Source: Pyrodictium delaneyi (lineage in GTDB: Archaea; Thermoproteota; Thermoprotei_A; Sulfolobales; Pyrodictiaceae). From it: a stretch of 32,000 bases of DNA. A model generated the notes under the pieces. It made no database searches. It saw only the letters and a program-made list of their open reading frames with translations, and was not told the origin of the DNA. The stretch lies in the NCBI RefSeq assembly GCF_001412615.1, contig NZ_CP013011.1:540001-572000 (forward strand). Direction: 5' to 3'. Positions 8,272 to 17,541 of this stretch are shown here, piece after piece (the first letter of the stretch is position 1; each line of letters starts with the position of its first letter). Both the position numbers and the translations under genes were made by a program.

Positions 8272-8294
8272 CTCCAGTGGAAACTGAGGGGTTG
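8272..8294 (+). repeat. ORB-like box d
   Basis: CTCCAGTGGAAACTGAGGGGTTG contains the TCCAGTGGAAAC core plus a G-string, as in Sulfolobus/Aeropyrum ORB elements. Confidence 0.7.
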
Positions 8295-8299
8295 TTTAC

Positions 8300-9544
8300 C
8301 TAGAGGTAAACATCATCGCTCATTATCGGTGTCGAGGGCGGAGTTACAGACTTCCCTACCGGATGGCGGCCTGGAGGCAGCATAAGGTGGTGGAATGAGG
8401 ATAAGGGTGGAGTATAGTAGCCGCAGTAGCGAAGCTCCTCTGTAGGGCAGCCCTTGTCAGCCGTGAGGCCAGGCTCGTAAACACGTAGATACTCGGCATT
8501 GAGGGTTATGCCACCCCTATGTGGCTTTACTTGTCCACCAACCTCTATCTGCGAGCCTCGTGGCAGACGTAATGCTATCCTCTTGAGCACACCAGTCTCT
8601 CTGTAGAACGCTACGTCTATACACCCTGTGTCGTCGCAGAGCTCTGTTATTACGTGGCCACCTGGAATCCTTTGCACCGAGGATACATACCCCACGAGTA
8701 CAGGGTTATCATAGGGCCTAGTCTCTGAGACCCTCTTTCTCCGCAGGTGAGCGTTTGTAGCTTGATTAGTTCGGAAGAGTATCCAGTGGCTGTACTCCTC
8801 TCCGGCATCGATGATATCTAGTGCTTTGAGCAGAATGCCTGGCTCTTCTCCGCGGACACCATAGAGTACAGGGTCGTAACCATGTGGATGTATCAGTACA
8901 CGTTTCTCCAAGTAGTCGTAGTTCATGAATGTTAGAGGTCGTGTACGTAGGTCGTATTCTATCACACTCAGCTCGTCTATTCTTCGCTCAAAGGTCCAAC
9001 GGTCTATCTTCCTGTAGGTTATTAGCTCGAATGTGAAGTCGTCTAGAACAGCACCTAGGGCGGCTAGGGCGCCTAGTATGCCTCGCGAGTCAACACCATA
9101 TGCAGCTATTGCCCGATTCCCAGCTTCCTCTATGCATTCTTGTGCCAGTCTTAAGGGCAGGGCCTCGTGGACTGCCCTCAGGTAGAGTCTCTCTAGGCAC
9201 CTAGGCCTCACGGTGAAGTAGTCTCTAAGCGTGGTTGCCTCCTCTAGGAGAAGTAGCACATATGCCTCCTTGCTGGAAGGGTTGGCCGAGTAAAGCTTGG
9301 CAGCTCTGTGGAGTAGTTCTGAGAGCTTCTCTAGATCCCGTCTGCTCTCTATGCTGAAAAGTAGTGCTACTGCACCGTTGCCTCTTGTTTTCCAGGGTAC
9401 TGCAGGGTTTAGACGGATAAGCCACGGGTAGTCTACTAGGCTCAACCCCTCCTCTACGGCTTTATGAGTTATTAGCGAGGCTAGGTGTGTAGTGCAGCCG
9501 GCAAACGATGTATCAAAACTATCAAGGCCTACAGCGGCTATCAA
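8300..9544 (-). CDS. tiaS: tRNA(Ile2) 2-agmatinylcytidine synthetase TiaS
   Basis: The N-terminus reads GLDSFDTSFAGCTTHL, and RLNPAVPWKTRGNGA is present. Both match the TiaS/DUF1743 signature. Confidence 0.8.
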   Translation of the reverse strand: MIAAVGLDSFDTSFAGCTTHLASLITHKAVEEGLSLVDYPWLIRLNPAVPWKTRGNGAVALLFSIESRRDLEKLSELLHRAAKLYSANPSSKEAYVLLLLEEATTLRDYFTVRPRCLERLYLRAVHEALPLRLAQECIEEAGNRAIAAYGVDSRGILGALAALGAVLDDFTFELITYRKIDRWTFERRIDELSVIEYDLRTRPLTFMNYDYLEKRVLIHPHGYDPVLYGVRGEEPGILLKALDIIDAGEEYSHWILFRTNQATNAHLRRKRVSETRPYDNPVLVGYVSSVQRIPGGHVITELCDDTGCIDVAFYRETGVLKRIALRLPRGSQIEVGGQVKPHRGGITLNAEYLRVYEPGLTADKGCPTEELRYCGYYTPPLSSFHHLMLPPGRHPVGKSVTPPSTPIMSDDVYL

Positions 9545-9785
9545 GTGTTTTCGCCTCTACCTTCAACATGTAGTCACAGTAATGAGGTATGTGTTATACT
9601 ATGTATCTTGGGTTCTTTCAGGGAGTCAGTGGTGTACTTTCACGGGGTAAATGCGGTTGATACCGTGACAGTAGCTCTCCCCTGCATCATGTATCTATCG
9701 TGGTTCCAGTGGCGTGATTAAGAGTACTCAATGCCAAAATCGTATCAAGTAATATGGTTATGTGGATAGGGCGGCTCTAGGATGG

Positions 9786-10031
9786 CTAGAAGTTTTCATG
9801 ATCCTTTACGACTATCATTGTTAGTGTTGATCGTACTCTCGGTGAGCTGCGCAGATTTTTGTACACGATGTCCCTCAGTTTACCCATGTCATCGCTCTCT
9901 ATTATAGCGACTATGTCGTAGAGTCCGTACACCATGTATACTGCACGTACCTCGGGGAGATTCTTTAGGGTCTCAAAGATCTCTTCGTCGGCCCCCATTT
10001 CGGTATTTATTAGGATGACAGCTTTGGGCAC
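9786..10031 (-). CDS. stand-alone Lrp/AsnC ligand-binding (RAM) domain protein
   Basis: The 81-aa protein has a pattern (AVILINTEMG...VYMVYGLYDIVAIIES) typical of the AsnC_trans_reg domain without an HTH. Confidence 0.7.
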   Translation of the reverse strand: MPKAVILINTEMGADEEIFETLKNLPEVRAVYMVYGLYDIVAIIESDDMGKLRDIVYKNLRSSPRVRSTLTMIVVKDHENF

Positions 10032-10197
10032 GAATTACACCCCTTCAGGCCTCCATAGTCCTACGGTTGTTGCCAGGGAGATTAATACAGATAGTGGGTG
10101 GGTGTATAGAAGGCTTCGTACAGTACCTAAACACTTGCCTCCGCCACTCACTACTATAGCAGGGTGGATAGGTGTTCTAGGGCGAAGTGATGTAGTA

Positions 10198-10809
10198 ATG
10201 CGGGGCAGCGGTGACGGTTTTGGCGTAAGGCTTTACGCTATATACCTCCGGCATGATAACCCTAAGTACAATACTGCGGCCAAGCTCATAAGGCTAGGAA
10301 TAGTCAGGGAGGTCAGAAAGCCGCCGCGCGGTAGTATAGTGCTTGACCCATTATCTCCATTTCCTGTCTCAGCCTCCGATAGGGGGCTCGTAGGGACCCA
10401 TGGAGTCTGTGTGATAGACGGGTCATGGCGTAAAGTAATAAGGATACTAGGCCGTATACCGGGAGGAGTTAAGAGAAGACTACCACTCCTTCTTGCAGCC
10501 AACCCTGTAAACTACGGGAAACCGTTCCTCCTCAGTAGTGCTGAGGCGCTAGCAGCTACACTCTACATCACTGGCTTCATAGACGAAGCTCTAAGGGTGC
10601 TTTCCGTATTCAAGTGGGGCTACACGTTCATTGAGTTGAATAAGTCACTACTAGAGAGGTACACTGGGAAAACACAGAAAGAAGTAATTGAATCAGAGTG
10701 TAACATACTGAGAGATACTATAGGACTTGAGCTGGACGAATGCTCCGGAGAGAATCTTCTAGCAATCTACAAGCGTGTACTAGAAAGCTACGAAGAGAAA
10801 GGTCGCTAG
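10198..10809 (+). CDS. tsr3: 16S rRNA aminocarboxypropyltransferase Tsr3
   Basis: Motifs seen are YAIYLRHDNPKYNTAAKL, VIDGSW and LLAANPVNYGKPFLLSSAEALAA. I take the start at ATG 10198, because the tracked ORF start at 9934 runs antisense into the neighbouring gene. Confidence 0.8.
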   Translation: MRGSGDGFGVRLYAIYLRHDNPKYNTAAKLIRLGIVREVRKPPRGSIVLDPLSPFPVSASDRGLVGTHGVCVIDGSWRKVIRILGRIPGGVKRRLPLLLAANPVNYGKPFLLSSAEALAATLYITGFIDEALRVLSVFKWGYTFIELNKSLLERYTGKTQKEVIESECNILRDTIGLELDECSGENLLAIYKRVLESYEEKGR

Positions 10810-10879
10810 ATATCCCTTCCAGGTATACCTCTCCTAGGACTGATCTAAGGTTCAGAAGGAGGACTAGAAGGTGATGTTG

Positions 10880-10967
10880 TGGTGCGGGGGGTGGGATTTG
10901 AACCCACGCAGGCCTACGCCAGCGGGTCCTAAGCCCGCCCCCTTTGACCTGGCTCGGGCACCCCCGC
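10880..10967 (-). tRNA. tRNA-Leu (anticodon TAG), long variable arm, CCA encoded
   Basis: The rc reads GCGGGGGTGCCCGAGCCAGGTCAAAGGGGGCGGGCTTAGGACCCGCTGGCGTAGGCCTGCGTGGGTTCAAATCCCACCCCCCGCACCA. The anticodon loop is CTTAGGA. Confidence 0.95.
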
Positions 10968-11028
10968 ACCCTATCCCTTAGCGAGGCTCCGGGAGGCAAT
11001 GAGTGGGGCTGCTGGGGCTTAAATGCCC

Positions 11029-11481
11029 TTATGCTTGTTCGGCTTTTCCGGTGTCAAGGATTTGTGTTAGATTGTCTCTGGTAGGTTTCTTGTTGTTGTA
11101 TATTGTTGTCTCGGCTAGTATTATCGAGATTTTGTCTGCAATCCCCTCGGCTAGCATCATCTTATCCGGCGAAGGGGGTATTGCGTGTAATAGTCTTTCA
11201 AGAGCGTTCCAGAGAGTCTGGGCAGCTTCTACTAGGATCCTAGTTCTCGTCTCATCATCTATACCGTATATCATTCTGCAAAGTGTTTCAGTGCTGGGGC
11301 TTAAGCTCTCGTGTACATAGCGGGATACGGCGGCCGGGCTTACACCCATTATGGCGGCTATGTCTTTTGCTGCATAACCGTTCTCAAGTGCTATCTCGAC
11401 TAGTCTACGCCGGGTCCTCGAGTCAAGGAGTGCTACAGCCTCGCATACGTCTCCCAGAGTTTGGCTCATAACGATGGTCAC
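11029..11481 (-). CDS. HTH-domain putative transcriptional regulator
   Basis: A helix-turn-helix-like segment is GYAAKDIAAIMGVSPAAVSRYV. No further family assignment is possible by eye. Confidence 0.5.
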   Translation of the reverse strand: MTIVMSQTLGDVCEAVALLDSRTRRRLVEIALENGYAAKDIAAIMGVSPAAVSRYVHESLSPSTETLCRMIYGIDDETRTRILVEAAQTLWNALERLLHAIPPSPDKMMLAEGIADKISIILAETTIYNNKKPTRDNLTQILDTGKAEQA

Positions 11482-11551
11482 CCCCGAGTGTGTAATGTAC
11501 GCAAGATGCTAGGCTATGTGCAGAGCATTGTGTAGGTAGATGCACTGGATC

Positions 11552-12331
11552 CTAGGGTAACGAGTCTAGGCTTAGCAGGGCAAGTATTTGCTCGAAGAGT
11601 GATAGTGAAGGGCTACGCTTGTAGGCGCGTAGTGTTGCGCGTAAAGTAGGGTTCTCTACTCCTATTTTTGCGCAGCGTCTAACCCATTCTAGCCTTTTGA
11701 GCCCGCCGACTAGCTGTGTAAGGTTGCCAGGGCTTTGGTGAAGGGTACTAGAATCATAGTCTATTATGAAGGGCTCGCTGCTAGCTAGGTCTATGAGCAC
11801 CTGGCCTCCAGGCCTCGCGAGTTCGCCGTGTCTTATGCCTAGCTTGTCGAGCCGGTATGCTTTCCAGAGTAACCGCCGAAGTACGTGTCGTGCCCATCCA
11901 CAGCTCCTTGGACGGAAATCGCCTAGCTGGGGGCCATAGATAGGCTGGACTAGTATAAATAGTCTCGTAGCCATGTATATTCTTGGGGCTATGTTGGCCC
12001 ACGCGGCTACAGTCCATGCAGCGGCTTCCCACAGCATTGAACCGCGCCGGGAGCGAGGATGTAGAGCCTTAACGGCGACTATGGTGTCACGCCAGATCGC
12101 CAGGAAGACGTTGCCAGCCCAGCCTCTGCCAAGCAGCCGGTAGCCTCCGGGTATCTCGACTCCGCCATAGCTTATGTAATGGGTAATGCCCGCCTCCCGT
12201 AGCTCCGAGAGTAGATGCTTACAGTGTCTGCTCTCTGGGTCCGGGTAGCAGATGGCAGAGGCTGCCTCCTGTAGCTCTATCTTCTCGGCTTCATCCAGTG
12301 TGGTGCTTTGTAGCCCGTCTCTAGTAGCCAT
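11552..12331 (-). CDS. atypical (RIO/Bud32-like) protein kinase-fold protein
   Basis: A Gly-rich loop is GRGWAGNVF, the VAVK lysine is present, a catalytic-loop-like segment is IRHGELARPGGQVLID, and a DYD motif follows. The ORF overlaps the cca 3' end by 55 nt. Confidence 0.5.
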   Translation of the reverse strand: MATRDGLQSTTLDEAEKIELQEAASAICYPDPESRHCKHLLSELREAGITHYISYGGVEIPGGYRLLGRGWAGNVFLAIWRDTIVAVKALHPRSRRGSMLWEAAAWTVAAWANIAPRIYMATRLFILVQPIYGPQLGDFRPRSCGWARHVLRRLLWKAYRLDKLGIRHGELARPGGQVLIDLASSEPFIIDYDSSTLHQSPGNLTQLVGGLKRLEWVRRCAKIGVENPTLRATLRAYKRSPSLSLFEQILALLSLDSLP

Positions 12332-13719
12332 GCCAACTCGTCACCCTGGAGCCGGTCTATAGCCTCCGGAAGCGTCGCCACCGATACGGTGAACCCCTGG
12401 GCACTACTCGGTAGCCACTCACTCATACGGTCTCGTAGAAGCGCAATGGCGTCTCTATATCTTCGCGGCCTAGCTACGGCTAGTCTACCATTGCTGGTAA
12501 TCCACGGGCCTACAGCCGTCTCGTCGGCCCGATACTTCTCTATGAACCGGTACGCGTTGCTAGTATTCCATGCGGGCGGGCCGAGGTGAAGCTGGAGCTG
12601 AGGCAGTGTCCTTGATTCGAGCTCCACTAGTACTATGAAACGTCTACCCTCCTCGGATGCGTATGCTCCGGCGTCTAGTATTCTGAAGCCCCAGTGCTCT
12701 AGCAGCCTTATAGCGGCTCTTAGTACACGCTTGGCTATCCCCCAGAGGTTGTCTGGCGGAAGCTTCTGGGGCGACTCGAAGAGAGCCACTATGGTGTTGC
12801 CAGCCCTGGAGCCGTATACAGCTAGTACTTTCCCGGGAAGAGGCCTAGGCTTCTCTACGGCTCCGGGCACGTAGAAGAAGTCCTTACGCGGCTCATTGAG
12901 ATAGAGGAGCGAGGCTACTATGAACCGTGCGAGACTCTGCCTCGAGACAGCGGCTGCGACATTGCGGTCAGGATCGACAGGATCTACTACTATCATGGCC
13001 GCGTCTTTAAACTTCTTCAAGAGTACTCGCTTGTCCCGGTAATGATTCTCAATATCTATAACCACGGGGGGTCTCCAGGACTGTGCTGCTTCTAGGACAC
13101 TCCGAAAGCATCCGTAGTGTATTATGAGGAGTTCTACGAGATAGCCGGAGAATCCTTGTATAGCTATCTCTGCACCATAGACTCCTACACCCTTCATAAA
13201 GGACTTGAGTAAGCGTGCCTCGTCTCTCATCTCGGGAGTCATCTTAGAGATCACGTACTGCCGGTGGAAAGGAGTTCTATCCACAGCGGTAACTGGCTTA
13301 TCAGGGTCGGGTACCGCGCATCCTGGTACTATCTCTACCCATATGTCGTTGACTAGTACTCTCAAGTAGGGGTGTTGCGCATAGCGCTTCTCTATGGTTA
13401 GACCCATTGAGGATAGTTTCGCAGCTAGCCGGTCTACTATGCCGCTCTTTATCACGTCTAGACATTCGCTGGGAGGTAGCAGGATAAAGAGATCCAGGTC
13501 GAGATCGCCACTAATCCACGTATCTTTAGCATAGCTACCCTCGATAGTCACGTTGACGCCGGTTATACCTAGATCTCGTAGCGCATTCTCGACCAGGCTC
13601 TTAGCCCTCCTGGCGGCCTCTTCAGCCCTCTCCTTTTCCTTCTTTGAGGGCTTTATCGCAGAGAGTATCTCCTCTTCTACTCTAGCTAGTTTACACGCTC
13701 CTGGCACCTTAGCGTACAC
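12277..13719 (-). CDS. cca: CCA-adding enzyme (archaeal class I tRNA nucleotidyltransferase)
   Basis: The nucleotidyltransferase motif GSYAKDTWISGDLDLDLFIL is present. The length of 480 aa and the overall pattern fit archaeal Cca. Confidence 0.85.
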   Translation of the reverse strand: MYAKVPGACKLARVEEEILSAIKPSKKEKERAEEAARRAKSLVENALRDLGITGVNVTIEGSYAKDTWISGDLDLDLFILLPPSECLDVIKSGIVDRLAAKLSSMGLTIEKRYAQHPYLRVLVNDIWVEIVPGCAVPDPDKPVTAVDRTPFHRQYVISKMTPEMRDEARLLKSFMKGVGVYGAEIAIQGFSGYLVELLIIHYGCFRSVLEAAQSWRPPVVIDIENHYRDKRVLLKKFKDAAMIVVDPVDPDRNVAAAVSRQSLARFIVASLLYLNEPRKDFFYVPGAVEKPRPLPGKVLAVYGSRAGNTIVALFESPQKLPPDNLWGIAKRVLRAAIRLLEHWGFRILDAGAYASEEGRRFIVLVELESRTLPQLQLHLGPPAWNTSNAYRFIEKYRADETAVGPWITSNGRLAVARPRRYRDAIALLRDRMSEWLPSSAQGFTVSVATLPEAIDRLQGDELAWLLETGYKAPHWMKPRR

Positions 13720-13967
13720 CTCATGGTTGTCCTTGCTACCCTCTGGGTAACTGCCGTGCTCCTCTGGCTAGGCAGGTTACAGAAGACACTATACCGGTAT
13801 AGCTGCTCCCAGACTGGGCGGCTGTGAGGAGGGCTGGTATTGCTGAGAGGGCCCGTAAGGCCTCAGTGACGATGGACACCAGCTCCGAGCCTTCATCTCC
13901 CATCTTCTAGTAATAATGATGGGCTCCGTCTGCTGTGCTGCAAACAAATGCCTAGACAGCAAGGTGG

Positions 13968-14780
13968 TTGACAATTATTAGAGACCATGCCAAGATTAAG
14001 AAGGGGCCAGAAGTAGGGATTCCCTGCCCTGGTGGTATGGTCATGGATGTCTTCATGGAGCGTGCCAAGAAGGTCCACGATGTGCTTCTACAGAAGGCTC
14101 GTAGTATAGGCAACGAGAGTATACGCTCGATAGTGCTGAGTCTCCTAGAGGAGCCGGTAATAACATTCACTAAGGTTGAGCCGAAGATAAGCTTCCACGA
14201 AAGCCCCGCCGCCCCTAAGAAGCATCATGCTTACCCTGGCGGGCTACTGGATCATACGCTTGGCGTCACGGAGATTGCAGAGAAGCTTATAGACGTATAT
14301 GCTGGGATCTATGGCGCAAATGTTGATAGAGACCTAGTTATTGCCGCAGCGCTGCTTCATGACCTCTTCAAGTACTACCAGTACGAGCACGACCCCTTGA
14401 CTGGCGGTTATAGGCCTCGTAGCGACTGGTACTTCAGCCACGACTTCGCCATGGTGGCTGAGCTATCTGTCCGAGGTGCCCCGGATAGGCTGATAAGAGT
14501 AGTAGCTGAGACACATGGAACGGTACCGTTTAGCACTATAGAGTCTCAGATTGTGCACCAAGCCGACACAACAGATTCTCAGATGGTCTCTCAGATACAG
14601 GACGTGGTATGGCGTGCATGTCTAGACATAGAGTTAGAGCTGGGAGATGTAAAGGCCATAAAGGTGTTCAACGAAGCTATGAAGAGGGCACCAATATTCG
14701 AATACGCAAAGATATACTACACCAGAGGCCGTGATGAGTTGAGAGAGTACATAAAGAAGCTGCTAAGCCTCGGCAAGTAG
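13968..14780 (+). CDS. HD-domain metal-dependent phosphohydrolase
   Basis: The H...HD motif appears as HHAYPGGLLDHT ... AALLHDLFK. The tracked start is TTG 13968, and ATG 14037 is an alternative. Confidence 0.7.
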   Translation: MTIIRDHAKIKKGPEVGIPCPGGMVMDVFMERAKKVHDVLLQKARSIGNESIRSIVLSLLEEPVITFTKVEPKISFHESPAAPKKHHAYPGGLLDHTLGVTEIAEKLIDVYAGIYGANVDRDLVIAAALLHDLFKYYQYEHDPLTGGYRPRSDWYFSHDFAMVAELSVRGAPDRLIRVVAETHGTVPFSTIESQIVHQADTTDSQMVSQIQDVVWRACLDIELELGDVKAIKVFNEAMKRAPIFEYAKIYYTRGRDELREYIKKLLSLGK

Positions 14781-15409
14781 CCTAGAGACGGTGTTGCTCT
14801 TGCGTGGAAACCTCTATACCCTGGCTAGTATTCAGGTCCGTACACGGGGCTATGTGGAGGCCGACATAGGCGTACACTCTTTCCCGTGTAGTGGGTGGAT
14901 GAAGAGGGGTCGATTTACCGAAGCCCGCCAATATGCATTAGAGCCGATGAAGAACCGTCGGACGTAGAAGAGCATTAATACATGGTATGCGATGAATGAT
15001 CCCCTGGCTCCTCTGAGGCCCTGAACACTATATACTGAGGTTCTTGCGGAACAGGTATAGAATAAGCCGGTACAGTTTGTTTGCTCAAAACTAGGGATTT
15101 GTCGAGTGTATTTCTACGGCTCTGAGGTGGGTCCGGCTTCATCACTCCATTATCTTGTATCAGTCGACCGGTACCGTCTTCATGGCCTGTTATCCGTATT
15201 ACGTGGCTGAGTTGTACTAACTAGGTTCAAGTAGACTTTATGTGATTGCAAAAATTGCGTAGACTTGTATGCATGGTTATCATGTTGAGGGCTCTGTGTG
15301 AGAGCTCTAGCTCATCCCCGGGTTGGTCGCATGGTTTGCTATTCTTCATCGCCCGCGGGATATTGTATACAGGATCGGGCTCGGGGTAGTTAGTCTCTAT
15401 GCCTAGCTC

Positions 15410-16477
15410 TTAGCTTATGAGCACTCGTAGAATTGAGGCTACTCCCTTTGGCAGGCGTGGTAGTAGTCGTAGCAATTGACGAGGACTAAGCTCTCCTAGC
15501 CCAAGTGATGTGAATACATCAATAGGCAGTGCTGCGAGTATGTTTGCTCGTATTTCGGGCGACGCCGTTCTTATCTTGTTAAGCAGTTTTAGCTGTAGGT
15601 TTATCCACCTAGTGATGCTGCCAAGATGTTTTGAGACATCGTCCCCCCGTGTTATATTGTTAAATAGTGCATACGCTGATGCTATGGATGGACGTATACC
15701 CTCACCGGTTAGGGGGTAGACGAAGCCAGCAGCCTCGCCTATGATGGGTACTTCTCTTAGTAGAAGGCTTGTGTTGGCCCCGGAGACGTTTATCCTGGCA
15801 CCTTTGACAGGTGTAAGGGGTTCTAAGCCTTTGAACCTGGTCTCAACAAACTTTTCTAGCCTAGATCTCAGACTCTCTGCGTCTTCATATCCACCAACGC
15901 CTATGTCCACAGTTCTATCGGATCTTGGGAACACCCAGTAATAGCCTACAAGGTTACTGTCGAACCATATCTCAATTATGTCGGTGTCCACGGGTTCGCT
16001 GGTCTTAAATATCTGTTGAACTGCGAGTATTGCGTTGTTTGCATAGCCTGGTAGACCTACAAGGCCAGGGGCTAGGACTACTCGTTCCCTTGCAAACAAG
16101 GGTTCGCCTTTTACTCGGGGTCTTGACGAGTCTGATATATCTACGAACCTCTTGTTGACAGTAGCGTTTTCGAGGAGGCTTTCAATAAACTTTGGCTTGT
16201 CTAGTATGTAACCCCAGCGTTGGCCGCTAGACTCGTGTACTAGCTTTCCATCTATATATATGCGGAAACCGTTTATCGTAGTTAGGATTACCTCATTGGG
16301 TACCTTGATATACCTCTCTACTTGAAGTGGAACGGCCCAGCCGCATGGCTTAGAAGCAAAGTTTACCCCTTCGTAAACTTCCACTGAGTAGCCCTCACTT
16401 GTGGCATAGTAGGCGAATGCAGCGCCAGCAGGCCCGGCGCCTACTACGACAAAGTCTGGCTTACTGGTTTCTGGCAT
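15410..16477 (-). CDS. geranylgeranyl reductase family flavoprotein
   Basis: The N-terminal FAD fold reads FVVVGAGPAGAAFAYY. The gene lies immediately downstream of the polyprenyl synthase gene (19-nt gap). Confidence 0.75.
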   Translation of the reverse strand: MPETSKPDFVVVGAGPAGAAFAYYATSEGYSVEVYEGVNFASKPCGWAVPLQVERYIKVPNEVILTTINGFRIYIDGKLVHESSGQRWGYILDKPKFIESLLENATVNKRFVDISDSSRPRVKGEPLFARERVVLAPGLVGLPGYANNAILAVQQIFKTSEPVDTDIIEIWFDSNLVGYYWVFPRSDRTVDIGVGGYEDAESLRSRLEKFVETRFKGLEPLTPVKGARINVSGANTSLLLREVPIIGEAAGFVYPLTGEGIRPSIASAYALFNNITRGDDVSKHLGSITRWINLQLKLLNKIRTASPEIRANILAALPIDVFTSLGLGELSPRQLLRLLPRLPKGVASILRVLIS

Positions 16478-16496
16478 CTCTAGGCACCTCTTAGGC

Positions 16497-17402
16497 TTAG
16501 GAAGTGTCGGGAGTAGTGCCCCTGGTTACTACTTGTGGCACCCATCCAAGCATAGCGTTGACTATGAAACCAGGAAGATGTGAAAGGTAGGAGTCGTGTA
16601 AGTTGCCTGTTATCTTTATTGAGAAGTCTATAGCCTTTGACAGCAGTGTTTTTATCATAGTGTATGCCTTGTTTACGCCACTTCCGTTAAGCCATCTTAG
16701 GAATAACTGTAGACTGGGCTCGCTTCGAACTTTTTCTTTATCATTGCTATCACGTAGATCGTCTGCTATCTGGTACATTATTCCTATAGTTTCGCCGTAC
16801 TTCGAGGCTATATCTATAAGGGAATAGCGTCCAGCAGCTATGACTCCTAGTTCTGCGGCTAGCCTGAAAAGTGCTCCAGTCTTAAGCCGGATCATCTCTA
16901 TATATGAGTCGGGATGGAGTTCTTCCGGGGATGTGAATGCGTCTAGGACTTCGCCTCTAGAAATATCTAGCCATGCTTGAACAGTACGTCGTAACGCCTC
17001 CTCACCGTAGCGCTCAGCCACTATTCTTTGGGCGAAGGGTATTAGGAGATTAGATACCATAACTGTCTTCTTTAACCCGTATTTCACCCATGCAGCTTCT
17101 GCTCCTCTCCGCGTAATGTCTTCATCTATTATGTCGTCTAGGGCTAGGCTGGCAGCATGTACAAGCTCCACAGCTACAGCCGCATCGAGGCCGTCCTCTA
17201 CGCGTGCACCTAGACTCCTTGCTACTTCTAGTACCAGGAAGCCGCGAAGTCTCTTACCACCCATAGCTATATATCTTGCAGCATCAATGGCCTTTGCTTC
17301 TGGTAGCTCTTTTAGCCAACGCTCAATAGCATCGTCTATTAGCTGGCGCATCTCGCGCCAGTGCTCGAGCAGCTGGTTAGAGTTTAGCCCTTGCATACCC
17401 AT
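16497..17402 (-). CDS. polyprenyl (geranylgeranyl) diphosphate synthase
   Basis: The first Asp-rich motif is LALDDIIDED and the second is QIADDLRD. Confidence 0.8.
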   Translation of the reverse strand: MGMQGLNSNQLLEHWREMRQLIDDAIERWLKELPEAKAIDAARYIAMGGKRLRGFLVLEVARSLGARVEDGLDAAVAVELVHAASLALDDIIDEDITRRGAEAAWVKYGLKKTVMVSNLLIPFAQRIVAERYGEEALRRTVQAWLDISRGEVLDAFTSPEELHPDSYIEMIRLKTGALFRLAAELGVIAAGRYSLIDIASKYGETIGIMYQIADDLRDSNDKEKVRSEPSLQLFLRWLNGSGVNKAYTMIKTLLSKAIDFSIKITGNLHDSYLSHLPGFIVNAMLGWVPQVVTRGTTPDTS

Positions 17403-17541
17403 CCTACCTTTCGGGCAGCGTTAGTGAGAAGCCATGATACCATTTATAGCCGGTTTCTGTCCAATCTTCCAAGCGCAATGCCCTCCTCTCACTCTTATAC
17501 CCTTTCCCTCGGAGAATTCTATAGCGTGGGGGCGCCCGGTA

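Larger units (their letters stand above)
7897..8294. other. candidate chromosomal replication origin (ORB boxes plus A/T-rich unwinding region)
   Basis: Four ORB-like boxes sit in a 513-bp ORF-free spacer. By hand count, G+C is 27% for 8041-8100 and 30% for 7921-7970, against ~45-65% in flanking genes. Confidence 0.6.

Noticed and set aside
9704-9712. TTCCAGTGG, a partial ORB core, upstream of tiaS
   Set aside because: Only 9 nt match. There is no GAAAC or G-string continuation and no A/T-rich neighbourhood. It is likely a chance match.
9934-10197. N-terminal 88 codons of tracked ORF 9934..10809, and likewise 17434..17541 ahead of PCNA
   Set aside because: The extension runs antisense through the neighbouring Lrp-like gene or through promoter DNA. 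It lacks family-typical sequence. Internal ATGs give proteins of the expected length.
15139-15145. Minus-strand GUGAUGA C box inside the 630-bp gap
   Set aside because: No CUGA D box lies within 80 nt downstream on that strand.
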